Positions 1 through 10,204 of a DNA stretch of 45,968 bases are shown one piece after another; position 1 is the stretch's first letter; each line of letters begins with the position of its first letter. The stretch comes from Candidatus Dojkabacteria bacterium (GTDB lineage Bacteria > Patescibacteriota > Dojkabacteria > JAOAGR01), in assembly GCA_048615375.1 (NCBI GenBank), contig JBMCLJ010000001.1, positions 1 to 45,968 on the forward strand. Reading direction: 5' to 3'. The position numbers and the translations under genes are program-made. The notes beneath the pieces were generated by a model, which saw nothing but the letters and a program-made list of their open reading frames with translations, did no database searches and was not told where the DNA came from.

Positions 1-82
1 AGTATACCATAAAATTGCTAAAAAAGCTCTCGAAAATTTACAAGCGATAGGAACTATGCTTATACCCCTCCTGAGTGGTCGA

Positions 83-1093
83 TTAATTGAGCTCTTCTGT
101 ATTTGAAGTATCCATATCTTCCCAAGATTGAAAATTACTATTTTCTGGCGATTCTAAAAATAAAGTCAACCCTCCCAGCCCATTAGTCCAGATACGCATA
201 CCTGGCGAAAGTGGCATATCATAACCTCTAAATTCTTCTTGATTGCCTCTATTAGCACCAAACAGTATTTCTGTATCAACTTGAGCTTGAGCCAATTGCT
301 TAATCCAAAAATTATATAAACCATGGTCGTAATTAGGATTTGTAAGAACAAGCTGTGATAAATAATAACTTCTAAGATCTACAGCATTAGATCGAAGAGC
401 CTGAATAATTTGAAAATCACCCAAACCCTCTTCCCGAAGTTTTTGTGCGATCTCTGCTGTCAAGGCGAAGCGTATAAAATGGTCGCCATAGAGCCACGAT
501 TCATTTGGGACCTTTCTAACATTCGCAGCATCATTACCACCATTGTACCCCATCAATGCCCGTGCCCATATCCGTACATCGTCATGGCTAGCGGCCCAGT
601 TAGATTCCGCTCCTTTAACAGCGTTATTTACGAGATTTTTAAAATCTAACAGAACTTCCATGCCCTTCCTGCCGTTGATGAGGTGATCGTACATGTCATC
701 AGCTTCTTTGAAGTGAAACGGCATAACCTGAAAAAGTCCTGCAGCTCCTACATATGAAGTTGCCTGATCGTAGCCACATGATTCAATGGTCATAATGGTA
801 GCGATGACATTTACTGGAACATCATATTCACTAGACAATTTGTAGATTAGAGCTTTATGTCCAATCACACTTGGGGGAAATATCGGTAGTAGTTGTTGTG
901 CGTCATTAATAGCGTTTATTTTCGTCAGGTCATATTGATCTGGAATTTTAAAAAAAGTTCCGTATGTAATTCCTAGAACTTCGGCTAACTCTTGAGCTTG
1001 GTCAGATTCTCGGAATGTAATTTCGGTTGTAGGGGTTCTTTCACGGTTTTGATCTTGAGTCAATTGTATATCATCTTCTTCAATGAAATCCAC
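83..1093 (-). CDS. Lytic transglycosylase (SLT-domain) protein
   Basis: 336-aa ORF. The motifs TIESCGYD, AAGLFQVMPFHF and GYNGG match the E-S / GLMQ / AYNxG signature of Slt70-type lytic transglycosylases. Confidence 0.75.
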   Translation of the reverse strand: MDFIEEDDIQLTQDQNRERTPTTEITFRESDQAQELAEVLGITYGTFFKIPDQYDLTKINAINDAQQLLPIFPPSVIGHKALIYKLSSEYDVPVNVIATIMTIESCGYDQATSYVGAAGLFQVMPFHFKEADDMYDHLINGRKGMEVLLDFKNLVNNAVKGAESNWAASHDDVRIWARALMGYNGGNDAANVRKVPNESWLYGDHFIRFALTAEIAQKLREEGLGDFQIIQALRSNAVDLRSYYLSQLVLTNPNYDHGLYNFWIKQLAQAQVDTEILFGANRGNQEEFRGYDMPLSPGMRIWTNGLGGLTLFLESPENSNFQSWEDMDTSNTEELN

Positions 1094-1301
1094 CTAAAAA
1101 ATGCCCAAATGCTCGCCACGGTCGAGTTACTGAGATAACAGAAGTACTTAAACCACTACCAAGCAAGGCAACAATAAAACTATCTCTCCTTAATGTTTCT
1201 TGTTGTCTAGAGATATAACGGCTTAAATCACACCTTATATCAATAGCACGTTGCCGCGTTAGGTCAACAAATCTTTGCATAGAAGAATCATTCATGATCA
1301 A
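1080..1301 (-). CDS. Small hypothetical protein
   Basis: 73-aa ORF whose 3' end overlaps the start of the SLT gene by 14 nt on the same strand. No recognisable motif. Confidence 0.3.
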   Translation of the reverse strand: MIMNDSSMQRFVDLTRQRAIDIRCDLSRYISRQQETLRRDSFIVALLGSGLSTSVISVTRPWRAFGHFLGGFH

Positions 1302-1385
1302 TCCTATAATTATACTTTTTTTTATATTGGTGTCAAAAAGTTCCTCTCAGCCCTATTCGCCACAACCAAAGCCATTAGCCTTTTT

Positions 1386-2129
1386 TCACTTATCTATTCC
1401 CAATTGCCTCTCCACCTCCCTGTAAAATCTTCTGTCTCCGATACTACTGTTATGGACATTTAGGCTTCTGTTGAGCGGGAAAAAGCGGTTGGTGATGAGG
1501 GTGCTGATGTCAGAGCCTTCAGGTTGATAACCAAAGAGTCCAGCTGGTTTATACCGGTTAATGATGCCGGAGAGGCAGAGTGTGATGTCCCAGAAGCAAT
1601 GGTAGTTGAGGAAATGTAAGTGTTTTTTTTGCAATCGTGAATAAACTTCCGGGTTATTTATCAATAAAGTACGAGGTATATCAGCCTGCACTAGTACAAT
1701 GGTTTTCACGCAGCCAGGCAATCCCAGATCAGGATTATTTATCATATTAAACACTAAAAAAGCTCCCATTGAATGACAAATGAGTGTTGTAATCCGCTCA
1801 CGCTGGATTTTTTCATAAAGCTGTACTTGCGCCGCCGACTTACTGACAATCTTTTTTTCGCGCAAATACGTCTTTAATGGGTTTGCAACTTCAAAGAGAT
1901 CTTTCCACGTAAGCTGGGAATAATCCGGATACCAGCAATACAGGTTATAATCTGTGGTCATGTTTGACTCACGAGTTGGTTCTGATGTATCTACTTCTGC
2001 ACCCATATGCTGCCCCTCCATAATCGCAAACCCTACTGTTCTCTGAAAAGGCGTCCTGAGACGCAAAAGCTCAAGAAAGCGAATATATATGCCTACATAA
2101 TAGCCATGGATGAGAAGTGTTTTGTTCAT
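1386..2129 (-). CDS. Alpha/beta-fold hydrolase-like protein
   Basis: 247-aa ORF with an N-terminal LLIHGY strand and a nucleophile-elbow-like motif, LICHSMGAF (GxSxG variant). Confidence 0.5.
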   Translation of the reverse strand: MNKTLLIHGYYVGIYIRFLELLRLRTPFQRTVGFAIMEGQHMGAEVDTSEPTRESNMTTDYNLYCWYPDYSQLTWKDLFEVANPLKTYLREKKIVSKSAAQVQLYEKIQRERITTLICHSMGAFLVFNMINNPDLGLPGCVKTIVLVQADIPRTLLINNPEVYSRLQKKHLHFLNYHCFWDITLCLSGIINRYKPAGLFGYQPEGSDISTLITNRFFPLNRSLNVHNSSIGDRRFYREVERQLGIDK

Positions 2130-2292
2130 GAATAGTATAGTTTAACACATTGCTTGATATACATGCTGAACTTCTTCATCGATAAACCTCACTCGTAATC
2201 AATGAGGGGTTAAAGCAAAAAATAGCGTTATGAGTATTACGTACTTTCTTTTGAGCAAATATTTAGTAATGCTCCAGGGGGTACAAAGTGAC

Positions 2293-2318
2293 AAAAAAAG
2301 AACCGGTTCCCCGATTCC
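2293..2318 (-). terminator. Intrinsic terminator downstream of the 2345..2902 gene
   Basis: On the minus strand the sequence reads GAATCGG-GGAA-CCGGTTC, a 7-bp stem with one G-U pair and a GGAA loop, followed by T7. Confidence 0.55.
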
Positions 2319-2344
2319 TTTTCCCGCAAACGTTTATTAAATAT

Positions 2345-2902
2345 TTACGCATTTACAGAAATTTCGCGTTTATCAGTCGCGTTAGCTTTTTCAAAAATGT
2401 CTTTTAATTCACTTCCATTGAGCTGATCTTCCGGTACAGCGATTAATATCTGACCTTCTTCAACTTTATCTGCAAAAGACCGTGCCTGCTGCTCAGAAAT
2501 CCCCAGACCAACCAGCGCGCCCACTATTCCTCCACTGACAGCGCCAATACCCGCACCAGCGAGTAATGAAACTAAAGGACCGACTGCAAACAAGTTTACG
2601 CCGGGGAGGAGTGCAGCAGCGCCAAGTAGACCAATAATTCCGCCTGTTACTGCACCACTTCCGGCACCGATCCCTGTGCCTTTACTCGCTTCGACATCAG
2701 AGGTGGACTTGAGGTCATTTACCATTTTTTTATCTTTTACGATTATCGATACTTCATTTATATCGACATTTCGTTGTTTAATTTTGTCCAGGAATGTATC
2801 CGCGTCATGTCGTGACGCGAACGTCCCGAATACCATTTTATCTGCCATAACGTTTCTTTTGTACGGTGGTATTACAGTTGAGAGTTTCCGTACATAACGC
2901 AA
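2345..2902 (-). CDS. Stress-protein-like protein with glycine-zipper membrane segment
   Basis: An N-terminal FGTFASRHDADTFLDKI...EVSIIV segment resembles the YflT/general-stress domain. The central region is a long G/A-rich glycine zipper (GAGSGAVTGGIIGLLGAA...GAGIGAVSGGIVGALVGLG). The real start is probably the internal MADKMVF near 2848. Confidence 0.6.
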   Translation of the reverse strand: MRYVRKLSTVIPPYKRNVMADKMVFGTFASRHDADTFLDKIKQRNVDINEVSIIVKDKKMVNDLKSTSDVEASKGTGIGAGSGAVTGGIIGLLGAAALLPGVNLFAVGPLVSLLAGAGIGAVSGGIVGALVGLGISEQQARSFADKVEEGQILIAVPEDQLNGSELKDIFEKANATDKREISVNA

Positions 2903-2951
2903 GTCTCTAGCTAAACTCTTAAACTATCTGATATAATAACTTTATAATATC

Positions 2952-4736
2952 ATGAATCCTGAACTCAACCTATATATAGACAAAATAAGTTGCATAAGCG
3001 TAAGCCCTTTAAAAGATTATATTCATCATCTTGCTGGAACTCATAATACTTGGGGGCATGTGTCTTTCCCTTCAGCCATGGGAGACACTGCGGTATTCCC
3101 ACGAGATACTGAGGAAGCCCAGAGAAATAGAGCGCAGATTCTTTGCCATTTACCACCCAACGCTGCAGAAATGTATCGTCAAATAGTAACGATCAGTGCA
3201 ACCGGGCAACTCGAAGGTAATCCTCCAGGCAATGGTGCAGCTCGTCAGTTAACAGAACCTGAAAGAGTACTTGCTAACAGGATCGCTGCCGGGTATGCGC
3301 CGTATGTGGCGGCCAGTTTAATTGAACATGAAATGAATACAGCTGCAAAAGCACGACAGATATTGCCTATCATTAGTACTAATGATACAACCACAACTCT
3401 GGGGCCGGATGAGCCAGTTACAATTGATCATTTTTGGCAACTTTTTGGTCATGGATATAACGCTACAAGACGCAATTCTCTTGCAAATGAATTGATCAGC
3501 AGATGTGGTGAACAAAAACCAATTGATGCCCTACTTGGATATGTTGATCAGCTAAATAAAAATCAGTTATCTGGCGGTACACGAGAACGCGCACTAAAGT
3601 TACTAGCCGAAACGAACAGAATTGAATGTGCGCAGACATTACTACTCATGAAAGCTGTACTTGAAAAGCAGCGTGAACAGGGATTTAAAAGTTTGGATAG
3701 TAAATTAATTGCAACATATGGAGACGATTCTGATGCTTTGTTCCATCAAATGGAGCAATTAGCGAATCTCCTTAGAATGCAAAATTCTCATAATCTCGAT
3801 TACTTTAGTCTTGTTGCTTTACGTGAAGATGCAGGTGGTGATACATTGGATTTTAAAGGAAAAGATGAGTATTATGTTATAAAGGATTTTATTAAGCAAC
3901 ATCCTGTCCTCAGGAACATACTGAATAAAGATCACTTTTTTATTAATAATAAAGCCCCTGGCAGCTACGTTGGATTGGGTTTTTCATATCCAATTGCACC
4001 AATAACATTACCTGATGAAATTTATCAAAATATTCCAAGTTTACAGCAACTTAGGGAATTGCTTTCAAAAGGAATCAACGCTTTCATTTTTTTACCTGAT
4101 TCAGGAACTGAAAAAATCACAAACTGGAGACGTGAACTTATTATTCATGAAAGCGGACATGTAGCAACATATGTCGCTAACGCTTTGCTCGATAAGGAGT
4201 ACGGCCTTCCAATTGGAGCTACCAACCTGCTCACCCCTCGTGACTGGCAGGAAATATTTGCGTTTACTTTGGAAATACTGAGCTCAGATGCAAATCACTA
4301 TGAAGTAATACGGACAGATGCTTTAGTAGATGCAATTAGGACAATGGGACATATTAGAATGTGGCAGGAAGCTCAAAAACTGATTGATAAAGAAGTTACT
4401 GCAGACGAATTAATGCGCGTAACTGACTATCTTACTTCATGGTATCAAGATACAATGCACAGTTCTTTGAATACATATGATTGTCCAAGGTCAGCAGGTG
4501 ACAGAGTAAGTTTGCTGGAGTTGAGCAGACGCGCTTATCCAATTGCTTTTGGAGTGAGCATTTACTTAGCGGAACAGATAAGAGGGATGACAGAAGATGA
4601 CGGAGTCAGATTACAGAAGATTTTTAAGTCGATCGCCTACTCTCCAGACTACCAAACTCTTCTCCAAAACCTTGGTACAAGTGAGGAGGAGTTGTTAGAA
4701 TTCCTTAAAAAGCGCATTACAATCCTAAGCGATTGA
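2952..4736 (+). CDS. Large hypothetical protein with HExxH motif (possible zinc metallopeptidase)
   Basis: 594-aa uninterrupted ORF. The only recognisable motif is LIIHESGHVATY (HExxH). Confidence 0.55.
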   Translation: MNPELNLYIDKISCISVSPLKDYIHHLAGTHNTWGHVSFPSAMGDTAVFPRDTEEAQRNRAQILCHLPPNAAEMYRQIVTISATGQLEGNPPGNGAARQLTEPERVLANRIAAGYAPYVAASLIEHEMNTAAKARQILPIISTNDTTTTLGPDEPVTIDHFWQLFGHGYNATRRNSLANELISRCGEQKPIDALLGYVDQLNKNQLSGGTRERALKLLAETNRIECAQTLLLMKAVLEKQREQGFKSLDSKLIATYGDDSDALFHQMEQLANLLRMQNSHNLDYFSLVALREDAGGDTLDFKGKDEYYVIKDFIKQHPVLRNILNKDHFFINNKAPGSYVGLGFSYPIAPITLPDEIYQNIPSLQQLRELLSKGINAFIFLPDSGTEKITNWRRELIIHESGHVATYVANALLDKEYGLPIGATNLLTPRDWQEIFAFTLEILSSDANHYEVIRTDALVDAIRTMGHIRMWQEAQKLIDKEVTADELMRVTDYLTSWYQDTMHSSLNTYDCPRSAGDRVSLLELSRRAYPIAFGVSIYLAEQIRGMTEDDGVRLQKIFKSIAYSPDYQTLLQNLGTSEEELLEFLKKRITILSD

Positions 4737-4918
4737 AATAGCAGTATTATGAATTACATCATGTACGGAAACTGATGAAAATTGGTTAAACCCTATTCAA
4801 CCTGTATAGTAAATGAATCGGAATATACATCAGCCGGCATACTCATAAGGCCTGGTTGATCTCGATACCCGGCTTTTTGTAAATATTCTTCATGGGGAAT
4901 CTGAAGCACATTTGGTAT

Positions 4919-5755
4919 TCATCGTCTATAAGCAATCCTATACTTTCCCTTACTTCCAGCTGGAAGATTGAGTTTGCCATTGTCGATGTATTGATCTTTT
5001 AAAAAGAACACAATCGTATCCTTCACCCCATCAGATTCGTCAAGCACTTCAACTTTTGCTTCCACAAATCCTCGATACGGAGTCTCTTTTCCTGTCACAG
5101 AAGATTTATACGTGAGAGTGATATCATATTTTTCTCCAGGCTTGACCATGTTTGTAGTGTTCACTAGCAGCTTTTCTCCAAGATACGCCTCCTTAAGAAC
5201 AGTTACATTATCAGGCTCAATGATTCTCTCACTCCGGCAATTCTTATCCTTAGTCGCATCACAAGTAGTCCATTCAATATTACCTTCTTTTGGCCAGGCT
5301 TTACGATTAATATTCACTGCCTCAATCCGCACAACTCCAATCCCTTCCGCCAGATACCAATCCTCTCGCAACCAGGCTTCCATAAATCTAACTCTGATGG
5401 CTGGTCCTGTATATGCTGGGGTCTCAACTTCCAGAACATCGTAATCTATGTGCCATGCATGATCATTTGTTTTACCACTTGCTTTTGTATTGCAAAATTC
5501 ATCATGTGTTTCAGGAGCAAACAAAAATTCTTTATCCCAGGTATTAGTTTTTTCCCATCGAATATCAAGCTCTGAAGGGCTAAGTAAGTATGGTGGATAT
5601 AATTGATTCTCATAAGAACCAAAGTAAAGACCAGGATCTACAGGCTTATTAAATGTATCTAAATTCGCGAATCCTTTTGATTTATAGGTTTTGAACCCCC
5701 TCGCCCATAGATAGGAATACTTCCAGTTATGTTTTTTAAAGGTACTACAAACCAC
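4919..5755 (-). CDS. Hypothetical protein
   Basis: 278-aa ORF starting 4 nt downstream of the 5760..6449 ORF on the same strand. No motif recognised. Confidence 0.5.
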   Translation of the reverse strand: MVCSTFKKHNWKYSYLWARGFKTYKSKGFANLDTFNKPVDPGLYFGSYENQLYPPYLLSPSELDIRWEKTNTWDKEFLFAPETHDEFCNTKASGKTNDHAWHIDYDVLEVETPAYTGPAIRVRFMEAWLREDWYLAEGIGVVRIEAVNINRKAWPKEGNIEWTTCDATKDKNCRSERIIEPDNVTVLKEAYLGEKLLVNTTNMVKPGEKYDITLTYKSSVTGKETPYRGFVEAKVEVLDESDGVKDTIVFFLKDQYIDNGKLNLPAGSKGKYRIAYRR

Positions 5756-5759
5756 CGAA

Positions 5760-6449
5760 TTACATCATCCGCTCCCCCCAGTACCCAGCATGCCCGGATT
5801 TAGTAAAACGCCACGGAGTAGACGTTACATCACATATTTTTTCAGGGGCTTCAATTTCTATTTTCGCGGTAACAGATTTATTAGCAGGAGTTCGTATTGT
5901 GATTTTTTTCTCCCACTTATAGTAGTCCGTAGAATCGTATAACCAATAGTTCCCTGGCTCATTCATCCAGTATTTTGACATATCATACGGGTCAATATTG
6001 ACGGTAATTGGATTACTCCACTCCCAATCTGATCCACTTGGACGGAACACCGCTTCGTAAGAACCGAGTTGTACATCTTTCAGTAGATTTCCATCTACCA
6101 CTACCTTCCCCTGGACGGCATTCATCCATTTCCCTTCAGTGGTACGACAGGTTTCTGATGTTGATTCAAGGTACTCGCAAAGATTAAGCTTCACATCAAG
6201 CTCTCCTGAATAGCTTTCTGGCTCATCAATAAACAGTGTATAGCTTTCACCCTGATTAACAGTACCAGGATCAACTCTTACCTTAAGCATTTTACCCTTT
6301 GAAGCATTGCCGTCAGTTGATGCTGAACTTCGTGAATCCGTATCAGTCTGTGTATTTATTATTACCGTAGTAACAATAATACTGAAGAGCAATATTACAA
6401 ATATTATAGGAATTAAATATTTCCTGGTCGGAAGATGAGGAAGTTGCAT
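5760..6449 (-). CDS. Hypothetical membrane-anchored or secreted protein
   Basis: 229-aa ORF with an N-terminal hydrophobic anchor (KYLIPIIFVILLFSIIVTTVII) followed by a Ser/Thr/Asp-rich linker. Confidence 0.55.
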   Translation of the reverse strand: MQLPHLPTRKYLIPIIFVILLFSIIVTTVIINTQTDTDSRSSASTDGNASKGKMLKVRVDPGTVNQGESYTLFIDEPESYSGELDVKLNLCEYLESTSETCRTTEGKWMNAVQGKVVVDGNLLKDVQLGSYEAVFRPSGSDWEWSNPITVNIDPYDMSKYWMNEPGNYWLYDSTDYYKWEKKITIRTPANKSVTAKIEIEAPEKICDVTSTPWRFTKSGHAGYWGERMM

Positions 6450-6943
6450 AGACCACTATAGAAAGTTTTCAATTCTTTGCAATACTACCATATACGAAGC
6501 ATTACAATACATGCATTATATTTGTACATTATATGGAACAAATCATGAAAATATTTATTCTACCCGACTTCCGATATTTGAGTAACATAGACTACATCAT
6601 ACAGTCCGGATCAGAGCAGATTTTCCATTCTTCTCCCGTCAATTCTCTCATCACGCAGGCGATAAGAAACAGCCCCAAAAGCTCTCTTGGAAAGAGATTA
6701 GTAAACGAATCTTTTTTCCCCGTAATCAAATAATTACCCTGGTTGCGTTGCAAGATCAACCTGATCTGAGTATATAAACACTCAAGCAAATCCTTAATCA
6801 CCCACACCTCAGTACGAGGATACTTTTCCACTGTATCCGGATTCATACACTACCTTTCTAGAATTGAGATAACGTCTTTATTATACACACATACTCAAGG
6901 CTACAGAAAAAATTCTAAATTCGTTGTGTTTTATCTCTTCACC

Positions 6944-7174
6944 TCAATAACCTGCCGTGTACAAAGAATCATTTACGATCACACAACCTGATTTGTACCA
7001 CCAATCATGAGCAGCCGACATCCTACCCACGACCCAGGATTTCCAGGTAGCCTTTTTGATAAAAGCATAGTTTGCTTCCTGTGACTCACACTCGTACTCA
7101 TTCGTGTGATTGGAATGATGGTTGAATAAAACTTTTATAGTTTTTTGTGGTAAGGTTTTCATAGTAAGTTCCAT
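6944..7174 (-). CDS. Small hypothetical protein
   Basis: 76-aa ORF with no motif. Weak call. Confidence 0.3.
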   Translation of the reverse strand: MELTMKTLPQKTIKVLFNHHSNHTNEYECESQEANYAFIKKATWKSWVVGRMSAAHDWWYKSGCVIVNDSLYTAGY

Positions 7175-7350
7175 TGCTGGATTAGCATGAACCTTGCCGC
7201 TTGAGATTGCTTTATATCAGGTGCAGCATAGTACTACTCCGATTGACTTGCGAAGCATAACAGATTATATGTCATATGAGCTTTCGGTATCTTTATGAAG
7301 AGGAAAAGACTGAAGCTTGATATTTCAATTAATAACTAAGATAGTTCAAC

Positions 7351-7983
7351 ATGCACGTAGAAGTAATTGAATTTGTACGAAAAACACGAGGCGACTTGAA
7401 AAAGTCTAGAAATGAAAATGCTTTTATTTGGCTCATTTGTTTAGCTTTTGTAATTGTATTGTTATTTATTACATTACTAAAAGTTAATACTAGTTTTGAA
7501 CGTATGGCTTTTCTGTTTCTAGTTGTATTCTGTATTTTGATTGCTGTTGTTCCAATTTTCTTAACCTTAGAATTTTACAAAAATCAGTATACAAAAACTC
7601 TGAGAAATCTTGAGAAAGCGGAAATAATCCTCCAAAAAATGAATAGTGAAACTGATACTAAAAAATATGATTTTGGAAGTGGAATTTCTAAAACTTTATA
7701 TTACCTTAACAATAACTTTTTATTGTTTTACTATCCAAATCGGTTAGAAGTAATTTTTATTGATACATCAAAAATAGAAAAGGTAATTATCCGAGAAAGT
7801 CCCTATGAGTGGAATAAACAACTGTATATTAATGTTATTCACAACACGTATCAAACAAGTATAAATTCTCATTTATTTTTTCCTGAATTAGGCCCGCTTT
7901 CCAACTATACAAATGAAGTACAAGATATCATTGCTTTTCTCAAGTCTAAAGCGCAAGTAATTGAGGAAAAAAAGTTTTCATAA
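7351..7983 (+). CDS. Hypothetical membrane protein
   Basis: 210-aa ORF with two N-terminal hydrophobic helices (FIWLICLAFVIVLLFITLL and FLFLVVFCILIAVVPIFLTL). The DNA is very AT-rich. Confidence 0.55.
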   Translation: MHVEVIEFVRKTRGDLKKSRNENAFIWLICLAFVIVLLFITLLKVNTSFERMAFLFLVVFCILIAVVPIFLTLEFYKNQYTKTLRNLEKAEIILQKMNSETDTKKYDFGSGISKTLYYLNNNFLLFYYPNRLEVIFIDTSKIEKVIIRESPYEWNKQLYINVIHNTYQTSINSHLFFPELGPLSNYTNEVQDIIAFLKSKAQVIEEKKFS

Positions 7984-8004
7984 CATAAATAGACCTGATT
8001 TTAT

Positions 8005-8709
8005 TAACGTGAATGACATAATTAAGAATAAGCCTTCATAATCGTATAAACGAGACATGCGGCCATGTATCTCCAGAAGTATCCGTTTGCAGATCTGGGT
8101 GGACTTGATACTGATCCCTGTCTGTATTTTATGCTTCCGATAGCGGTTTCTATTCTTTGTCGTAATCTCCTTAATCGATCATATGCTTGCGTGACAAGCT
8201 GTTTTGTTCCCTTTCTTAGACCTGTTACAAAGGTAATACTTTTCTTTCCAAGTTTCCTCGTCAAAGGTTTTGACTGATAACCTGCATCTCCTACCAGAAT
8301 GCCTTCGATATCTTTTACCAGCGATAGAACTATCTTATGATCCTTATCTGATGTATTCCCGGAAGAAAGATGGATAGTTAACAGATTTCCATGCGGATCA
8401 GTAATCAAATGAAGTTTAAATCCATAAAACCAGCCCATACTGCTTTTCCCTCTATCAGGAAGATGAGATACTTTGTAATTGAATATTCTCTTATTGTTGC
8501 ATACAGGAAGAGGTACTGAATCAATGAGAAGTTGTTTGTTGATCGCATTGACAATATCGTCAACACTAACAAATATTTTTAAAACAATGTCATTTGAGAA
8601 ATTATAGTGTATTATGTCCATAAAGGCAGTTTGATTTTTATGTAAACAGTAAATGATACTGCCTTTTACCCTTTAGATAAAGGTGAATTGAATTACGTCA
8701 TTCACGTTA
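8005..8709 (-). mobile_element. IS982-like insertion sequence, short (about 0.7 kb) internally deleted derivative
   Basis: Terminal inverted repeats AACGTGAATGACATAATT (8006-8023) and AATTACGTCATTCACGTT (8691-8708) match at 17 of 18 positions. They bracket a DDE transposase ORF. Confidence 0.7.
8022..8621 (-). CDS. IS982-family DDE transposase lacking the N-terminal region
   Basis: 199 aa. The motifs LIDSVPLPVC, GWFYGFKLHL, LVGDAGYQS and RQRIETAIGSIK are typical of the IS982 DDE core. Family members are about 270-310 aa, so roughly 90 N-terminal residues are missing. Confidence 0.8.
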   Translation of the reverse strand: MDIIHYNFSNDIVLKIFVSVDDIVNAINKQLLIDSVPLPVCNNKRIFNYKVSHLPDRGKSSMGWFYGFKLHLITDPHGNLLTIHLSSGNTSDKDHKIVLSLVKDIEGILVGDAGYQSKPLTRKLGKKSITFVTGLRKGTKQLVTQAYDRLRRLRQRIETAIGSIKYRQGSVSSPPRSANGYFWRYMAACLVYTIMKAYS

Positions 8710-8767
8710 TTAGAGTCTTATCCATACTTTATATAGACAAAAACAAACACATCTTATATAATATATA

Positions 8768-10204
8768 ATGAGTCTTTTCTCAGAACTAGAACCTGCTAAT
8801 CCGAATACCTTAGTACAAGAAGGTGGTATGAGGGCTGTACAAGCTTAATCAACTACAGTTCGAACCAGGATTTATCGAAACGGTTTTACTACCTGCAGTA
8901 GCAGGAAATGTAACAGAACTTGCTATACGAGCTCAAACACAAATCCAAGCTTGGACTGGTATAAAAGACGATTCTACTCAAAGAATAGTAATTGAATCCA
9001 CACTACTTGCACATCCTAGTAATGATCCAGTAATTCGTTATATTTTCGCATCACTTTGTGAATACTTTTCTAACTCTGTAAATATTGAAAGATTACTTAC
9101 TACAGCAAGTTGGTTTGAATCAGCTGCTGAAATAGCAGAAACAGATCCAATTTTTTCAACAATATCAATGGACAAGCAGGGAAATGTATACTCTACTCTT
9201 GGAAATCCTGATTTAGAAGCAAAAGCTGCTTTGAAACAAAAGGCTAAAACCGAAAATGACACAACTGGCGAACAAAAAGTAACCCCCCAGATGATCACCC
9301 GCTTGCAAAATTTATGACAGGAAATACTCCTGTACATGTAATATATAAAGCAGTAGCTGACTGGATAAGAACTGCATCGATAGGACAAATCAATGATTCA
9401 GAAAAAGTGGAAAGGGTAATGGAATCACTTTTTAGTATAACCTGGGCTATGGGTGATAAAGTTAGGTCACTGTATTGGGAGTATTTATTTAAAGAAGCCT
9501 CATTAACTGATGAGCAAAGACAGACAATTCATCATATGTTAGCAGCGGATGAATTACCGAGTCTAGAATTCTTTTCTGTTGTACATAACGTCAGTTATAG
9601 CAAATTTCAGATGGATGCAAAAAGAAAAGTTAATCAAGCTCTAGATGGAAAAGGAAGGCTTTTTTCTAGCAGCGTTACTAAGAATTTGGCAAGTGTGAGA
9701 AGAGAATTAGAACGCAATGCAACTGGTACAATGAAAGACCTTCTGGATAGACGTTTAAGCTCTTTACCTGAGATGATAGAAGGAGATAGAGGCATTCGAG
9801 TACAAGGCGGTTTTTATGGCAATCAATATCTTTACGTTCCGCAATTTAGAGAGTTTGACCTTGGGTACAGTTTAATAGATTCAGGACAACAAACTAACAG
9901 AGCAGAAGATTTTTCAGGCTGGGTTTTTGGAGAATCAACTGTAAGAACAACAGGGTTTAATGGTATTTTAGAAGCAATTTATCAAGGTGAATCTATAGAT
10001 GGACCAAGCCTTTACAGTTTTAGATCCTCAATTAACGGAGCGATCGGAATTTACTGTCCAAAACCCGGTACATTTGGTATGGAAATTCTCTTTAGAAGAG
10101 CCAATGACGATGTAGCGAGACCAACCAATCAAAGACTTACAAATATGGACTTCTTAGCTGCATTTGCTAAAGATCTTGTATCAAGGTCAGGAGAACTTAC
10201 ATAA
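8768..10204 (+). pseudogene. Unknown gene split over three reading frames (two apparent frameshifts)
   Basis: An ATG ORF at 8768-8848 (26 aa) is followed by a 161-codon open frame at 8832-9317 with no ATG, GTG or TTG until near its end. That frame overlaps, through an ATGA stop/start, the 296-aa ORF at 9314-10204. A C6 run at 9283-9288 lies in the zone where both frames are open. Confidence 0.45.

Noticed and set aside
5750-5765. The adjacent ORFs 5760..6449 and 4919..5755 might be one frameshifted gene.
   Set aside because: They are in different frames with only a 4-nt gap, and I see no continuous similarity across the junction. Without a homologue the two-gene reading is simpler.
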